Assembly (NCBI GenBank): GCA_038215615.1
Contig: JBBQQR010000010.1
Coordinates: forward strand, 1-64,000
Length of the DNA stretch: 64,000 nt
Source of the DNA: Vulcanimicrobiales bacterium
GTDB taxonomy: Bacteria; Vulcanimicrobiota; Vulcanimicrobiia; Vulcanimicrobiales; Vulcanimicrobiaceae
Direction of reading: 5' to 3'
Below the pieces are notes generated by a model. It was not told where the DNA came from. It was given only the letters and a program-made list of their open reading frames with translations, and did not search any database. Positions 18,210 through 27,146 of this stretch are shown in pieces; position 1 is the first letter of the stretch; each line of letters starts with the position of its first letter. Both the position numbers and the translations under genes were made by a program.

Positions 18210-18836
18210 ATGCAGGCCGATCGCTTCTTTCAAACGCCTCGCGGACGCATCGTTGAAGAGCTCCGCCGGCGCAAATCCGCCTCGGCCGTGGACCTGGCCA
18301 AGGTCTTCGGACTCTCGCCCAATGCCATCCGCCAGCAGCTGGTTGTGCTGGAACGGGACGGACTGGTCGTCGAGCAGTCGGTGCGCCGCGGCCCTACCAA
18401 ACCTACCCACGAGTTTTCGCTCACCAAAGACGGCGAGAAGCTGTTTCCGCAGCATTACGATAAGATGCTGGGCGCGGTGTTGCGCGAGGTGCGGGCGCAG
18501 CACGGCGAAACGGGCATCGCCGCACTCTTCGAAGGCATTTCCAAGCGCACCGTCGCCAAAGCGCGCGCGCGGGTCACGGCTACGGATACCGCCGGCCGGC
18601 TCGGGCAGCTCACCGAGGTGCTGCGTGAAGGCGGCGTCGTCGCCGACTACAATTTAATCGAGGGCGGCTTCGAGCTGCACGAGCACAACTGCCCGTACTC
18701 GGCCGTTGCCAAGGATAACCCGGAGGTCTGCTCGGTGATTCACCAAGTCCTGGAAGAGACGATTGGCGGCACCCACGTGCAAAAGGAGTCCCTTGCAACC
18801 GGCGGCACCGAATGCAAGTTTGAGCTGAAGGCATGA
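18210..18836 (+). CDS. sufR: SufR-like ArsR/HTH Fe-S regulator
   Basis: N-terminal wHTH, FPQHY, HNCP...C...C cysteine pattern; divergent from sufC. Confidence 0.8.
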   Translation: MQADRFFQTPRGRIVEELRRRKSASAVDLAKVFGLSPNAIRQQLVVLERDGLVVEQSVRRGPTKPTHEFSLTKDGEKLFPQHYDKMLGAVLREVRAQHGETGIAALFEGISKRTVAKARARVTATDTAGRLGQLTEVLREGGVVADYNLIEGGFELHEHNCPYSAVAKDNPEVCSVIHQVLEETIGGTHVQKESLATGGTECKFELKA

Positions 18837-19327
18837 ATTTTCCAAAATTTCAAAAGCTGGTCGAGGACCGCACCGGGTTTCGCACGATGGAAAACCCCAC
18901 CGCCAGCGGGGAGTATTTCAGCGACTCGTGCGGCGACATGTACAACTTTTTCCTGAAGGTCGGTCCGGGCGCCGTCATCGAGGATATGTCGTACTTCACG
19001 ACCGGATGCGGATTCGGCACGGCCACGTGCAGCATCGTGGTCGATCTCGCCAAGGGCAAGACGATCGCGCAAGCCGCTGCATTGAAAGAAGCCGAGGTCG
19101 AGAACGCGCTCGACGGCTACCCTGAGAAGAAGAAAGATTATCCGCAGCGAGCTCTTGAGGCGCTGCACGTTGCGATCGACGACTACACGCAAAAAGTAGA
19201 ATCGGGTGCGATTCCCGATTACGGCGCGATGCCCGCGCCCGAGCGGCCGGTCCAACCGGTTGCGGAGACGGTTCCCGAACCGCCGCCTCCGTCGGATAAC
19301 GGCAAGCTTCTCATCAAACTGCACTAG
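18833..19327 (+). CDS. IscU/NifU-N-like scaffold protein (atypical cysteine pattern)
   Basis: SCGDM and TGCG present; KGKT motif; the region of the third Cys reads KKDYP. Confidence 0.8.
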   Translation: MNFPKFQKLVEDRTGFRTMENPTASGEYFSDSCGDMYNFFLKVGPGAVIEDMSYFTTGCGFGTATCSIVVDLAKGKTIAQAAALKEAEVENALDGYPEKKKDYPQRALEALHVAIDDYTQKVESGAIPDYGAMPAPERPVQPVAETVPEPPPPSDNGKLLIKLH

Positions 19328-19331
19328 TTCC

Positions 19332-19703
19332 GTGAGCGCCGGCAAATACGAGATCCATCTCGACGACAAGTTCGGCTACTCCACGCTCATCGACGCCGAT
19401 GCCGAAGCGAATGCATGCACGGTTCCCTGGTTCAATCAGACGCTCACGACGGTCAACGATGCGCTCGTGCGGCTCGGCGTTTTTCACGGCGAGTTCCATT
19501 GGCATAAGCACGACGAGCAAGACGAGTTTTTTTTCGTGCTCGAGGGTGAGCTGCTCTTAGATATCGACCACAAGGAAACGCACGCGCTCAAGCAACATCA
19601 AGGTTACACCGTCCCGAAAGGCGTTATGCATCGCACACGCGCCCCGGAACGCACCGTCGTTCTCATGATCGAGCAGCGCGGAGTTATACCGACGGGCGAC
19701 TAG
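19332..19703 (+). CDS. Cupin domain protein
   Basis: FHWHKHDEQDEFF and VPKGVMHR cupin motifs. Confidence 0.88.
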   Translation: MSAGKYEIHLDDKFGYSTLIDADAEANACTVPWFNQTLTTVNDALVRLGVFHGEFHWHKHDEQDEFFFVLEGELLLDIDHKETHALKQHQGYTVPKGVMHRTRAPERTVVLMIEQRGVIPTGD

Positions 19704-19827
19704 TCCCCCAAGTCTCCTGGCTCGCCCTAATATTGGATCGTGGCCGGTTGGTTCGATCTCGGCTTTCGCCTGCGTCGTGCAGAAGGCGATGAACAGGCCG
19801 AGAAGGGCCACGCCAAGGCCGCTCGAT

Positions 19828-20379
19828 TCATTCTCGCGGCTTCAGCGTGTACTGGGCTCGGGCCTCGTAACGTGTGGTGCGCTCGGCCGGAATCGATTCG
19901 AAGAGCGTAAGTTCGCCTGCGGTGAGTTTTATCGGCGTCATATTCAGCAACGGCAGATGCGCGCCGCCGCCCTTCACGCGGGCGATCGTAACGTGGGCGA
20001 CGTTTTCTTTTTCGAAATGAAAGCCGAGCTCTTCATAAGCGTCGCGCACGGTTCGCGACAGCTCGCGGAATGCCGCACCCTCTTCGTTCGCCCCGATCCA
20101 GATGACGCGCGGGTTCCGTTCATGCGGGAAGGCGTCAAGTTTGTCGAGTGTGAGATCGAACGCGTTCACGTTTTGCGCCGCGCGCGCGAGTGCATCGCGC
20201 ACCGGTTCCACCGCGTCTGGTTCGACCCAGCCAAGGAAGGCAACGGTGATGTGCAGTTTCTCCGGCGCTTCAAAACGTGCGTCCATTCCCGAGTCGCGCA
20301 AGCGTTCTATCACGTCGCCGCATTTCGCGCGCACGTTCGGAGCGAGAGCGATCCCGGCGAAGAGTTTAAGCTTATTCAG
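19828..20379 (-). CDS. thpR: RNA 2',3'-cyclic phosphodiesterase (2H family); proposed CTG start
   Basis: Two HxT motifs (LHITVAFLG, AHVTIAR); the upstream frame gives KLFAGI; CTG overlaps the upstream TGA. Confidence 0.88.
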   Translation of the reverse strand: MNKLKLFAGIALAPNVRAKCGDVIERLRDSGMDARFEAPEKLHITVAFLGWVEPDAVEPVRDALARAAQNVNAFDLTLDKLDAFPHERNPRVIWIGANEEGAAFRELSRTVRDAYEELGFHFEKENVAHVTIARVKGGGAHLPLLNMTPIKLTAGELTLFESIPAERTTRYEARAQYTLKPRE

Positions 20380-21017
20380 GATGACTGTAAGTACGGATTC
20401 GTGTTGCGCTCCTTACCAATTGTCGTGAACGGACCGTGCCCCGGGATGACGCGGGTCTCGTCATCGAACGGCAACAGTTTTCGTGCAATGCTCTCCACGA
20501 TGTCTTCCATCGACGTTCCGCCTAAATCCCAGCGGCCGATCGCGCCGGCGAAGAGCGTGTCGCCGGAAAGAATCGAGTGTCCGCCGTCCTCGACAAAGGC
20601 AAAACAGACGCTGCCCGGTGTGTGGCCGGGCGTATGCAGCACGCCGATTTCCACGGCGCCCGCGCGAATGCGGTCGCCGTCTTGCAACTCGCCGTCGAGA
20701 TCGACGATTCGCGGTGCGTCATACTCGCCAATCCAGCGTGCCTGCATGCCGAGGCTATGGTAGAGCGGCAGATCGGCCGGATGCAGCAGACCTTGCGCGC
20801 CCGTGCGTTCGCGCAACGTGCCGAGATCGCCGATATGATCGATATGCGCGTGCGTATGCACGAGATACTTCGCGCGAGCGTCCAAGCGTTCGAGGCGCCT
20901 CATAACCTCAGGTACGCCGTCTCCGCCGTCGACGACGATCGCTTCCTTCGTTTCATCGTCGCAAAGGATCGTACAGTTGCATGCAAGCGGGCCGACGGGA
21001 AAAATCTCGACAGTCAA
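20376..21017 (-). CDS. MBL-fold metallo-hydrolase (glyoxalase II-like)
   Basis: HTHAHIDH, TPGHTPG, GDTLF, PGHG; TTGA overlap start. Confidence 0.92.
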   Translation of the reverse strand: MTVEIFPVGPLACNCTILCDDETKEAIVVDGGDGVPEVMRRLERLDARAKYLVHTHAHIDHIGDLGTLRERTGAQGLLHPADLPLYHSLGMQARWIGEYDAPRIVDLDGELQDGDRIRAGAVEIGVLHTPGHTPGSVCFAFVEDGGHSILSGDTLFAGAIGRWDLGGTSMEDIVESIARKLLPFDDETRVIPGHGPFTTIGKERNTNPYLQSS

Positions 21018-21508
21018 TCGATGCGAATTCCAAAATCGTGAAAGGCGCCGTTGTAATATCCCAGCGGAGAGCCCGAACGCGATGCACACGAGACCACGCG
21101 TCCGATGAAGACGCTGTGCGTCCCGGCGTGGTGTTCCTCGGCGACTTCGCACTCCAAATGGGCGACGACGCCCGAAAGAATTGCCGCGCCGGTCTGCCCC
21201 GTTTCGAAGTTCACTCCGTCAAATTGATTCTCTCGCATCTTGCTGGCGAACCGTTTGGCGAGTTCCCCTTGGTCGCCGGCCAAAATATTGACGCAGAAAA
21301 TCTTCGATTCTGAAATGTAGAGATAGCTGCGCGCTTCGCGATTTATGCAGATCAACACCAGCGGCGGATCGACCGAGACGCTCGCAAACGAGCTCACCGT
21401 AAGCCCGCGGGGCTGCCCATCGCGCACGCTGGTGACGACCGTTACGCCGGTGGGAAAGTGCCGCATGGCGGTCTTGAACGAATCGGACCCGACGGTTGAA
21501 TTGCTCAC
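21014..21508 (-). CDS. Flavin reductase family protein
   Basis: GVTVVT, SVSVDPPLVL, GTHSVFIG; GTGA overlap start. Confidence 0.92.
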   Translation of the reverse strand: MSNSTVGSDSFKTAMRHFPTGVTVVTSVRDGQPRGLTVSSFASVSVDPPLVLICINREARSYLYISESKIFCVNILAGDQGELAKRFASKMRENQFDGVNFETGQTGAAILSGVVAHLECEVAEEHHAGTHSVFIGRVVSCASRSGSPLGYYNGAFHDFGIRID

Positions 21509-22050
21509 GCCTTGCGCGCGCCGATGCCTATCCCGCCGCCAAGCGGCAATATCGTCGCTTCGAGCTGCGGATGTTTGAGGAAGGCGCGGTTGAAGGCATC
21601 CGTTTCGTCGTCGGCGGTCAATCCGTTGAGGATGACCAGCCCTGAGAGCTTCAGCACGTGCAGGCACTGTTTGAGATACTCCGCGTAATCGGTGCGCGGC
21701 GCGTCCACGAACGCGATGTCGAGATTTCGTTGCGGGAAAATGTGCAGCACCTCGAGTGCCGGCTGATTGACGATTTCAATACGGTCGCCGACCCCGGCCC
21801 GGTCGAAAAATTGCCGCGCGACTTCCGTGCGTTCGATAAACGGATCGAACGTCCAAATCTTTCCGGCGGGCGGCTGCGCGAGCGCCATTTGCACCGTCGC
21901 GTATCCGTAACCCGTGCCGATTTCGAGAATCCGGTTGGCCTGCATCGCGGTTGCTAAAACCGAAAGCAGACGCCCGACGACATCTGGTACCGTTGCAATT
22001 CCGTCTTGCTTGGCTTTCTGTTCGATTTCCAGGAGCAGCTCGCGGTCCAT
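21505..22050 (-). CDS. SAM-dependent O-methyltransferase (family 3)
   Basis: ILEIGTGYGYA, FVDA. Confidence 0.88.
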   Translation of the reverse strand: MDRELLLEIEQKAKQDGIATVPDVVGRLLSVLATAMQANRILEIGTGYGYATVQMALAQPPAGKIWTFDPFIERTEVARQFFDRAGVGDRIEIVNQPALEVLHIFPQRNLDIAFVDAPRTDYAEYLKQCLHVLKLSGLVILNGLTADDETDAFNRAFLKHPQLEATILPLGGGIGIGARKA

Positions 22051-22059
22051 AGTGGACGC

Positions 22060-22929
22060 TTAGTCGCGCGGCTGAACCTTCCCCGCGCGGGAGGCCGCTT
22101 GAATGACGTTTCGCAGCAGCGTAACGTTGGTTACGGGCCCGACTCCGCCGGGCACCGGCGTAATCGCGCCGGCCACTTCGAGCGCGGAGTCGAAGTCGAC
22201 GTCGCCTCTGAGCTGGCCGTCGATCAGCGTCGTGCCGACGTCTATGACGGTTGCGCCCGGTTTGATGTCGGAACCGCGAATGAGATTGGGAACGCCGGTA
22301 GCTACAATCAGCACGTCCGCCATCCGCGCGTAGGGCTGCAGTCCCGAAGACTCTTTGTGCAAGATCGTTACGGTCGCGTTCTGTGCGAGCATTAACATTG
22401 CCACGGGGGCGCCGACGACGACCGAACGTCCGATCATCACCGCATGCAAACCGGTCAGCGGCCAGTGCGGGCTGCGTTCGAGCAGCAGCATCACTGCGGC
22501 GGGCGTTGCGGGCACGAATTCGGCGCCGCTTCCGAACGCCAGGTGTCCTTGATTCGTAGGATGCGTGCCGTCGACGTCTTTATGGATCGGAATTGAGTCG
22601 GCGATTGCCCGGATCGAAAGATGTGCGGGCAGCGGCTGCTGCAGCATGACGCCATGGACGCTTGAATCGCCCGCCCACGTTTCGAGCCGTCCGCGGACCG
22701 CGGACGCAGTGGCATTTTCCGGCAGCTCGTCGACGCGCACCGAAACGCCGACGCGTTCGCCCAGTTTTTCGAGATTGCGCACATACGCAACCGAAGATTC
22801 GTTTTCGCCGACCAGCACGATAACCAGGCGCGGCGCAATGCCGCCGGACTGCAACCGGTTGCTCTCGGCGATCAATTCTTGGCGTAGCTCGTTGGCGATC
22901 GATCGCCCGTCTAATATGCGTGCCGGCAC
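22060..22929 (-). CDS. folD: Methylenetetrahydrofolate dehydrogenase/cyclohydrolase
   Basis: ILDG, KDVDG, PATP, GRS.VVG.P, TPVPGGVGPVT. Confidence 0.93.
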   Translation of the reverse strand: MPARILDGRSIANELRQELIAESNRLQSGGIAPRLVIVLVGENESSVAYVRNLEKLGERVGVSVRVDELPENATASAVRGRLETWAGDSSVHGVMLQQPLPAHLSIRAIADSIPIHKDVDGTHPTNQGHLAFGSGAEFVPATPAAVMLLLERSPHWPLTGLHAVMIGRSVVVGAPVAMLMLAQNATVTILHKESSGLQPYARMADVLIVATGVPNLIRGSDIKPGATVIDVGTTLIDGQLRGDVDFDSALEVAGAITPVPGGVGPVTNVTLLRNVIQAASRAGKVQPRD

Positions 22930-22963
22930 GGCTCGCGTTTTCGTTTGCGGAAGGAAGCTCACC

Positions 22964-23512
22964 TTGGATAGTAGCACGAAGCCAAACGTGAAATGGCTCC
23001 TGGCCGTGGGCGGCGCCCTCATTGTCGCTGTGGTCCTCAAACAATACTTTCCAAGCGCTGCGGCCGGCACTTCGCAAATTGCGGTGGCCGGAAAAACTGC
23101 GCCCAGCTTTCCGGTACCGTCGACTGAAGGAAGAACTCAGACGCTTGCGTCCTACCGCGGCAAAGTCATCGTGATGAATCTTTGGGCGACGTGGTGTCCG
23201 CCGTGCCGCTCGGAAATGCCGGACTTTGAGAAACTCTACGAAACCTATCGCAGCCGCGGTTTGGTTGTGATCGGCATCAATCAGGGTGAGTCACGTCTGC
23301 GCGCCGCATCGTTCGCGCAATCGCTGCACATCAAGTATCCGATCTGGCTCGACTCGCAACAGCAGTATGGGCGAACCTATATCGCGCTCGGGCTTCCGAC
23401 CACCGTCATCATCGATCGTTCGGGCGTGGCGGTACCGCCGGGCTTCGACGGTCCGTTGACCTACGCGCAAATGAAAGCCGCCGTCGCGCCGCTGTTTCGC
23501 GCGCCACATTGA
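22964..23512 (+). CDS. TlpA/ResA-family thiol-disulfide oxidoreductase
   Basis: N-terminal anchor, NLWATWCPPC, GLPTT. Confidence 0.92.
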   Translation: MDSSTKPNVKWLLAVGGALIVAVVLKQYFPSAAAGTSQIAVAGKTAPSFPVPSTEGRTQTLASYRGKVIVMNLWATWCPPCRSEMPDFEKLYETYRSRGLVVIGINQGESRLRAASFAQSLHIKYPIWLDSQQQYGRTYIALGLPTTVIIDRSGVAVPPGFDGPLTYAQMKAAVAPLFRAPH

Positions 23513-24390
23513 TCGTCTTCTGGCTCTTGGTTGCGGCCGCCGCCGGCATGACGGCTGCGCAAGACGTCTTTCCGGGCAACGCCGTCTTTCATTCCGGGTG
23601 GTACAACGCGTTGAACGTTGTGGCGCTCGCCGCAGCTGTATTTCAACGCCGGAAAAACTCGATCGCCCTTTTCGGCGCAGCCGTCGTCGTGCTCTCGGGA
23701 GTCGCCGCCGGCCTTATGGGGCCGGACACGCATACCGTCGTAGGATCGCCTGGTGCTACCGTGACCGACGATCAAATAGGATCTGCATTTGTCTTTCCGC
23801 TCGCGCAGCCGAACGTCGATCCGCAATCGGTCACGGTTTGGCTACGCAGCGGAACGTCGCTCGTCGCGATTGGCGCGCACCGGCGCTACTGGGGCAGCCT
23901 CATCATGTGGCAGACACCGCGCGTGTCGGTTTGGATCACGGCCGAGGACGCCGGGGGAAGTCGTTTGACGATCACGCAGCCGACGAACGGAACATTCTTG
24001 TCGCCGGTGCTTGCGATGCAGCAAGCGACGGTTATCGGCGGCATGAACGTTCAATTCGACACGTTTGCCGTGCCGGCCGAGCGCCGAACGGTCAAGGCCG
24101 TGCTTTTTGATGCGCAACAGGCATCGCACCTGGGGCCGCAGTCGCCGGCGAACGGAGGGCCGGCGGTTTTATTCGCCGTCGCCGATCGCAGCGATCGTCC
24201 GGTGCCCGGCGGAATCGGTATCGTCCCGTCGGGATCGCAAAGGAAGATCGGCGGATTGATTCTCGGCGCGCAGGCCGGAAGTTATCCGGCGGTAGTCGTG
24301 GCTTCGGCGCCTTATCTGCCGGCGCTTATTGCGGGCTTACTGATAGTGCTTGCGGGCGCCGCTAGAACTGCGTTCCGCTCGAAAACGTAA
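23509..24390 (+). CDS. Membrane protein, possibly a divergent ResB/Ccs1-like protein
   Basis: Three N-terminal hydrophobic segments, VFHSGWY, beta-rich middle, C-terminal TM; coupled to the resA-like gene. Confidence 0.6.
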   Translation: MIVFWLLVAAAAGMTAAQDVFPGNAVFHSGWYNALNVVALAAAVFQRRKNSIALFGAAVVVLSGVAAGLMGPDTHTVVGSPGATVTDDQIGSAFVFPLAQPNVDPQSVTVWLRSGTSLVAIGAHRRYWGSLIMWQTPRVSVWITAEDAGGSRLTITQPTNGTFLSPVLAMQQATVIGGMNVQFDTFAVPAERRTVKAVLFDAQQASHLGPQSPANGGPAVLFAVADRSDRPVPGGIGIVPSGSQRKIGGLILGAQAGSYPAVVVASAPYLPALIAGLLIVLAGAARTAFRSKT

Positions 24391-25693
24391 AGCCTTCGAT
24401 TTTTGCGGCCGGCACGACGAGCGAAAACCAATAGTCACCTGTGCGCTGCGGCGCGTTGGAAAATTCGCATGTTCCTAGCGCCGCGATAATACTTTGGTTG
24501 AAGCGCATGTTGCGTACGCCGCCGGCGACTTTCCCGTTTTCGATCAGGAACGTGCCGTCGCGGGTCATGCCGGTAACGATCGCCTTTTTTTGGTCGACCG
24601 TTCGTATGTACCAGAAGCGGCTGATCAACAGCCCCCGCTTGGTCTCGGAGATCAGCTGCTCCGTCGATTTGATTCCCGGCTTCACAATGAGATCGATAGC
24701 CTGCGGACCGTACGCGTTCGGCGCAGGTAAAGCGTGTCCCGTGTTTTCGCGATCGAGCTTTTTTGCCCAATAGCTGTCCGTGACGAACGCTTTTGCAACG
24801 CCGGCTTCGATGAGCGCGAGCCGTTTTTTGGGCTGGCCTTCGAAATCGAAGGGCATAGACGGTGCGAGCGGGTTCGCGTAATCATCCGTCACGGTCAGAT
24901 TTTCACCGAAGTACGGCTTGTCGAGCCCGTCGCTCAAGAACGAAGAACCTTCGTCGACGGCCTGCGCCGAAAAATGTTGGCCCAAATATGCGAAAAACTC
25001 TCCGAACGCGGCCGGCTCCATGATGACGGTCCACTCGCCCGGTTCGACGCCTTGCGGCTGAGCGGAGTTTTTGGCTTTTCCCGCCGCGGTCTCGGCAACG
25101 CTACGCGCGTTCAAAGTGGTCGCATCGGGCGAATAGGCTTGACCGTATCCGGTCGAGTCGGCGGCACTCATTTTTACGTTGATGCCGCTGTCCGTGCCGT
25201 CGAACGAAGCGCGGGCCCCATTCGAATTCGCAATCGTAAAGCCGGCGCTCTGTGTGCGCGCGAAGCCGGCGCACCAGAATTGGTTCGATTCGGCAATTTT
25301 GAAAATCGCGTCGGCCATATCGGCGCGCAATTGCGGCGATGCATCGGCCGTCGCTTCTACGTATGAGCCTTCCGGCGCGCGAGTCGGGCCACCCGATGGT
25401 AGCGGGGCGAGTTCGGGATCCTCGGGCGCCAAGTGTGCGATAGCGAGCGCGCGATCGACCGTTGCACGTAGCGATTGCTCGTCGAGTAGATTTGTAGCGG
25501 CGGTGCCGGTCCGCAGCCCGACAATCGCGCGCACGCTGACGCCTGTATCCGCGCGCGCGACGTTTTGATGAACCTCTTGGTGCGTGAAGCGCGTGAGGCC
25601 GGCGGACTCGGTGCTAATCGTGACTTCAGTTTGGTCGGCCGCCGACAAGCCCAGTACGCGTTCGGCCAGCGTTTCGCGCTGTCTGCTATCCAC
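24362..25693 (-). CDS. pmbA: TldE/PmbA-family protein
   Basis: LTRF, PFDFEG, TGHA, TGMTRDG; follows tldD. Confidence 0.88.
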   Translation of the reverse strand: MDSRQRETLAERVLGLSAADQTEVTISTESAGLTRFTHQEVHQNVARADTGVSVRAIVGLRTGTAATNLLDEQSLRATVDRALAIAHLAPEDPELAPLPSGGPTRAPEGSYVEATADASPQLRADMADAIFKIAESNQFWCAGFARTQSAGFTIANSNGARASFDGTDSGINVKMSAADSTGYGQAYSPDATTLNARSVAETAAGKAKNSAQPQGVEPGEWTVIMEPAAFGEFFAYLGQHFSAQAVDEGSSFLSDGLDKPYFGENLTVTDDYANPLAPSMPFDFEGQPKKRLALIEAGVAKAFVTDSYWAKKLDRENTGHALPAPNAYGPQAIDLIVKPGIKSTEQLISETKRGLLISRFWYIRTVDQKKAIVTGMTRDGTFLIENGKVAGGVRNMRFNQSIIAALGTCEFSNAPQRTGDYWFSLVVPAAKIEGFTFSSGTQF

Positions 25694-27137
25694 CGTAACC
25701 TACGCCTACCTGGACGTTGCGAAAGCGCGCCGGCGAAGCGCATTGCGCCGTTCGTCCAGTCTGCATGGGTTCGCCTTTTCCGCAATTTGGCGTTCCCCAT
25801 GCGACCCAGGACTTTTCGTCGGCGATTGCGTCACACGAGTTCCAGAACTGCGGCGTCATGCCGGCGTACGTCGGATTCTTCAATAACTTGCCGCGCTTGC
25901 CGTTCTTGACTTCCCACGCGATCTCGCAGCCGAACTGAAAGTTCAGGCGGTGGTCGTCGATCGACCAGGAGCGGTTGCTTTCCATATAAATACCGTCTTT
26001 GACGTCTTCAAAAAGGCCGTCGAAAGGAACGTCGCCGGGCAGCAGATTCAGATTGCACATCCGGATCATCGGAACGAATTCCCAACTTTGCGCGCGCACG
26101 CAAGCGTTGCTTTCGCGGCCGATGGTGCGCGCGGTATCATTGCTCATTTCGTATCCCACGAGCAGGCCGTCCCGGATGATGTCGGACGTTCCGCTTTTGG
26201 TGCCTTCATCGTCATATCCCACGGTCGCCATGCCATGTGGCAGTGTGTTGTCGATCCGGATCGTCACGATCTCCGATCCGTAGCGAAGCTTATCGAGCTG
26301 CGCGATTTCGAGGAAGCTGACGCCGGAGAAGTTTGCTTCCCAGCCCATGACGCGATCGAGTTCGGCCGGGTGTCCGCACGATTCGTGAATCTGCAGAGAA
26401 ACTTGTGAGCCGCCCAGGATGATGTCGCGTGTGCCGCTGGGACATTGCTCGGCGGTCAGCAGCGATTGCGCTTCCTCGCCGATGCGCTGTGCGTTTTGCC
26501 CGAGCTGCGCTTCCTCGACGATCTCCCAGCCGCCCGACTTGTAGAGCCCGATGTCGCCGGGAAAGGTGCGCGACTGTACCTCGCCGTCGCCGACGGCCAG
26601 CGCTTCCAGCCCGCTGCCCGTTTGGCGAATGGATTGCTCGATGCGCGATCCCAGGGTGCTGTAAAACGTTTTGTCCGTCCGCCAGAGATCGATCCAGGCG
26701 CGTCCGACGCTGATCTTCGTCGAAACGTGCAGTGCCTTTTCGGCCGCGAGCAACAGCGCAACGCGATCGCCGAGCGGAACGTCGGCCGGATCGCGTAACA
26801 CCGGCGTTGAGAACGAGTCGACGTACGCCCGCGTCGGCGGGGCTCCGAAAGGGTGCCGCGCGATCGCGGCTCCGGCTTTTGCGATTTCGACCGCGCGTGC
26901 GGCCGTGGCGTCAATGCCGGCGGTCGTGAGATCGGAGGAGGCTGCGAAGCCCCAGGCCCCGCCGACGAGCGCGCGCATGCCGTATCCGCGGCTGGTGGCG
27001 TCCGATAGGGTCGCCACGATACCGTTTCGCGTTTCGATCCGTTCGGCGCGAACGACCTCGAACCGCAGGTCCGCGTACTCGGCGCCCCGCTTGGAGGCGG
27101 TATCGAGCGCGCGCGCGGCCAGATCGTCAAAGCTCAT
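25686..27137 (-). CDS. tldD: TldD-family metalloprotease
   Basis: HESCGH zinc motif, YDDEG, PMIRM.N, CGKG. Confidence 0.92.
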   Translation of the reverse strand: MSFDDLAARALDTASKRGAEYADLRFEVVRAERIETRNGIVATLSDATSRGYGMRALVGGAWGFAASSDLTTAGIDATAARAVEIAKAGAAIARHPFGAPPTRAYVDSFSTPVLRDPADVPLGDRVALLLAAEKALHVSTKISVGRAWIDLWRTDKTFYSTLGSRIEQSIRQTGSGLEALAVGDGEVQSRTFPGDIGLYKSGGWEIVEEAQLGQNAQRIGEEAQSLLTAEQCPSGTRDIILGGSQVSLQIHESCGHPAELDRVMGWEANFSGVSFLEIAQLDKLRYGSEIVTIRIDNTLPHGMATVGYDDEGTKSGTSDIIRDGLLVGYEMSNDTARTIGRESNACVRAQSWEFVPMIRMCNLNLLPGDVPFDGLFEDVKDGIYMESNRSWSIDDHRLNFQFGCEIAWEVKNGKRGKLLKNPTYAGMTPQFWNSCDAIADEKSWVAWGTPNCGKGEPMQTGRTAQCASPARFRNVQVGVGYGG

Positions 27138-27146
27138 GCGTTCGCG

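Noticed and set aside
19704..19831. Signal-peptide-like stretch (VALLGLFIAFCTTQAKA) downstream of thpR
   Set aside because: The ATG is out of frame and the ORF runs antisense into the cupin gene; it may be a gene remnant but cannot be supported
24362..27137. tldD/pmbA as a marker of a RiPP cluster
   Set aside because: No precursor peptide, YcaO or dedicated exporter nearby
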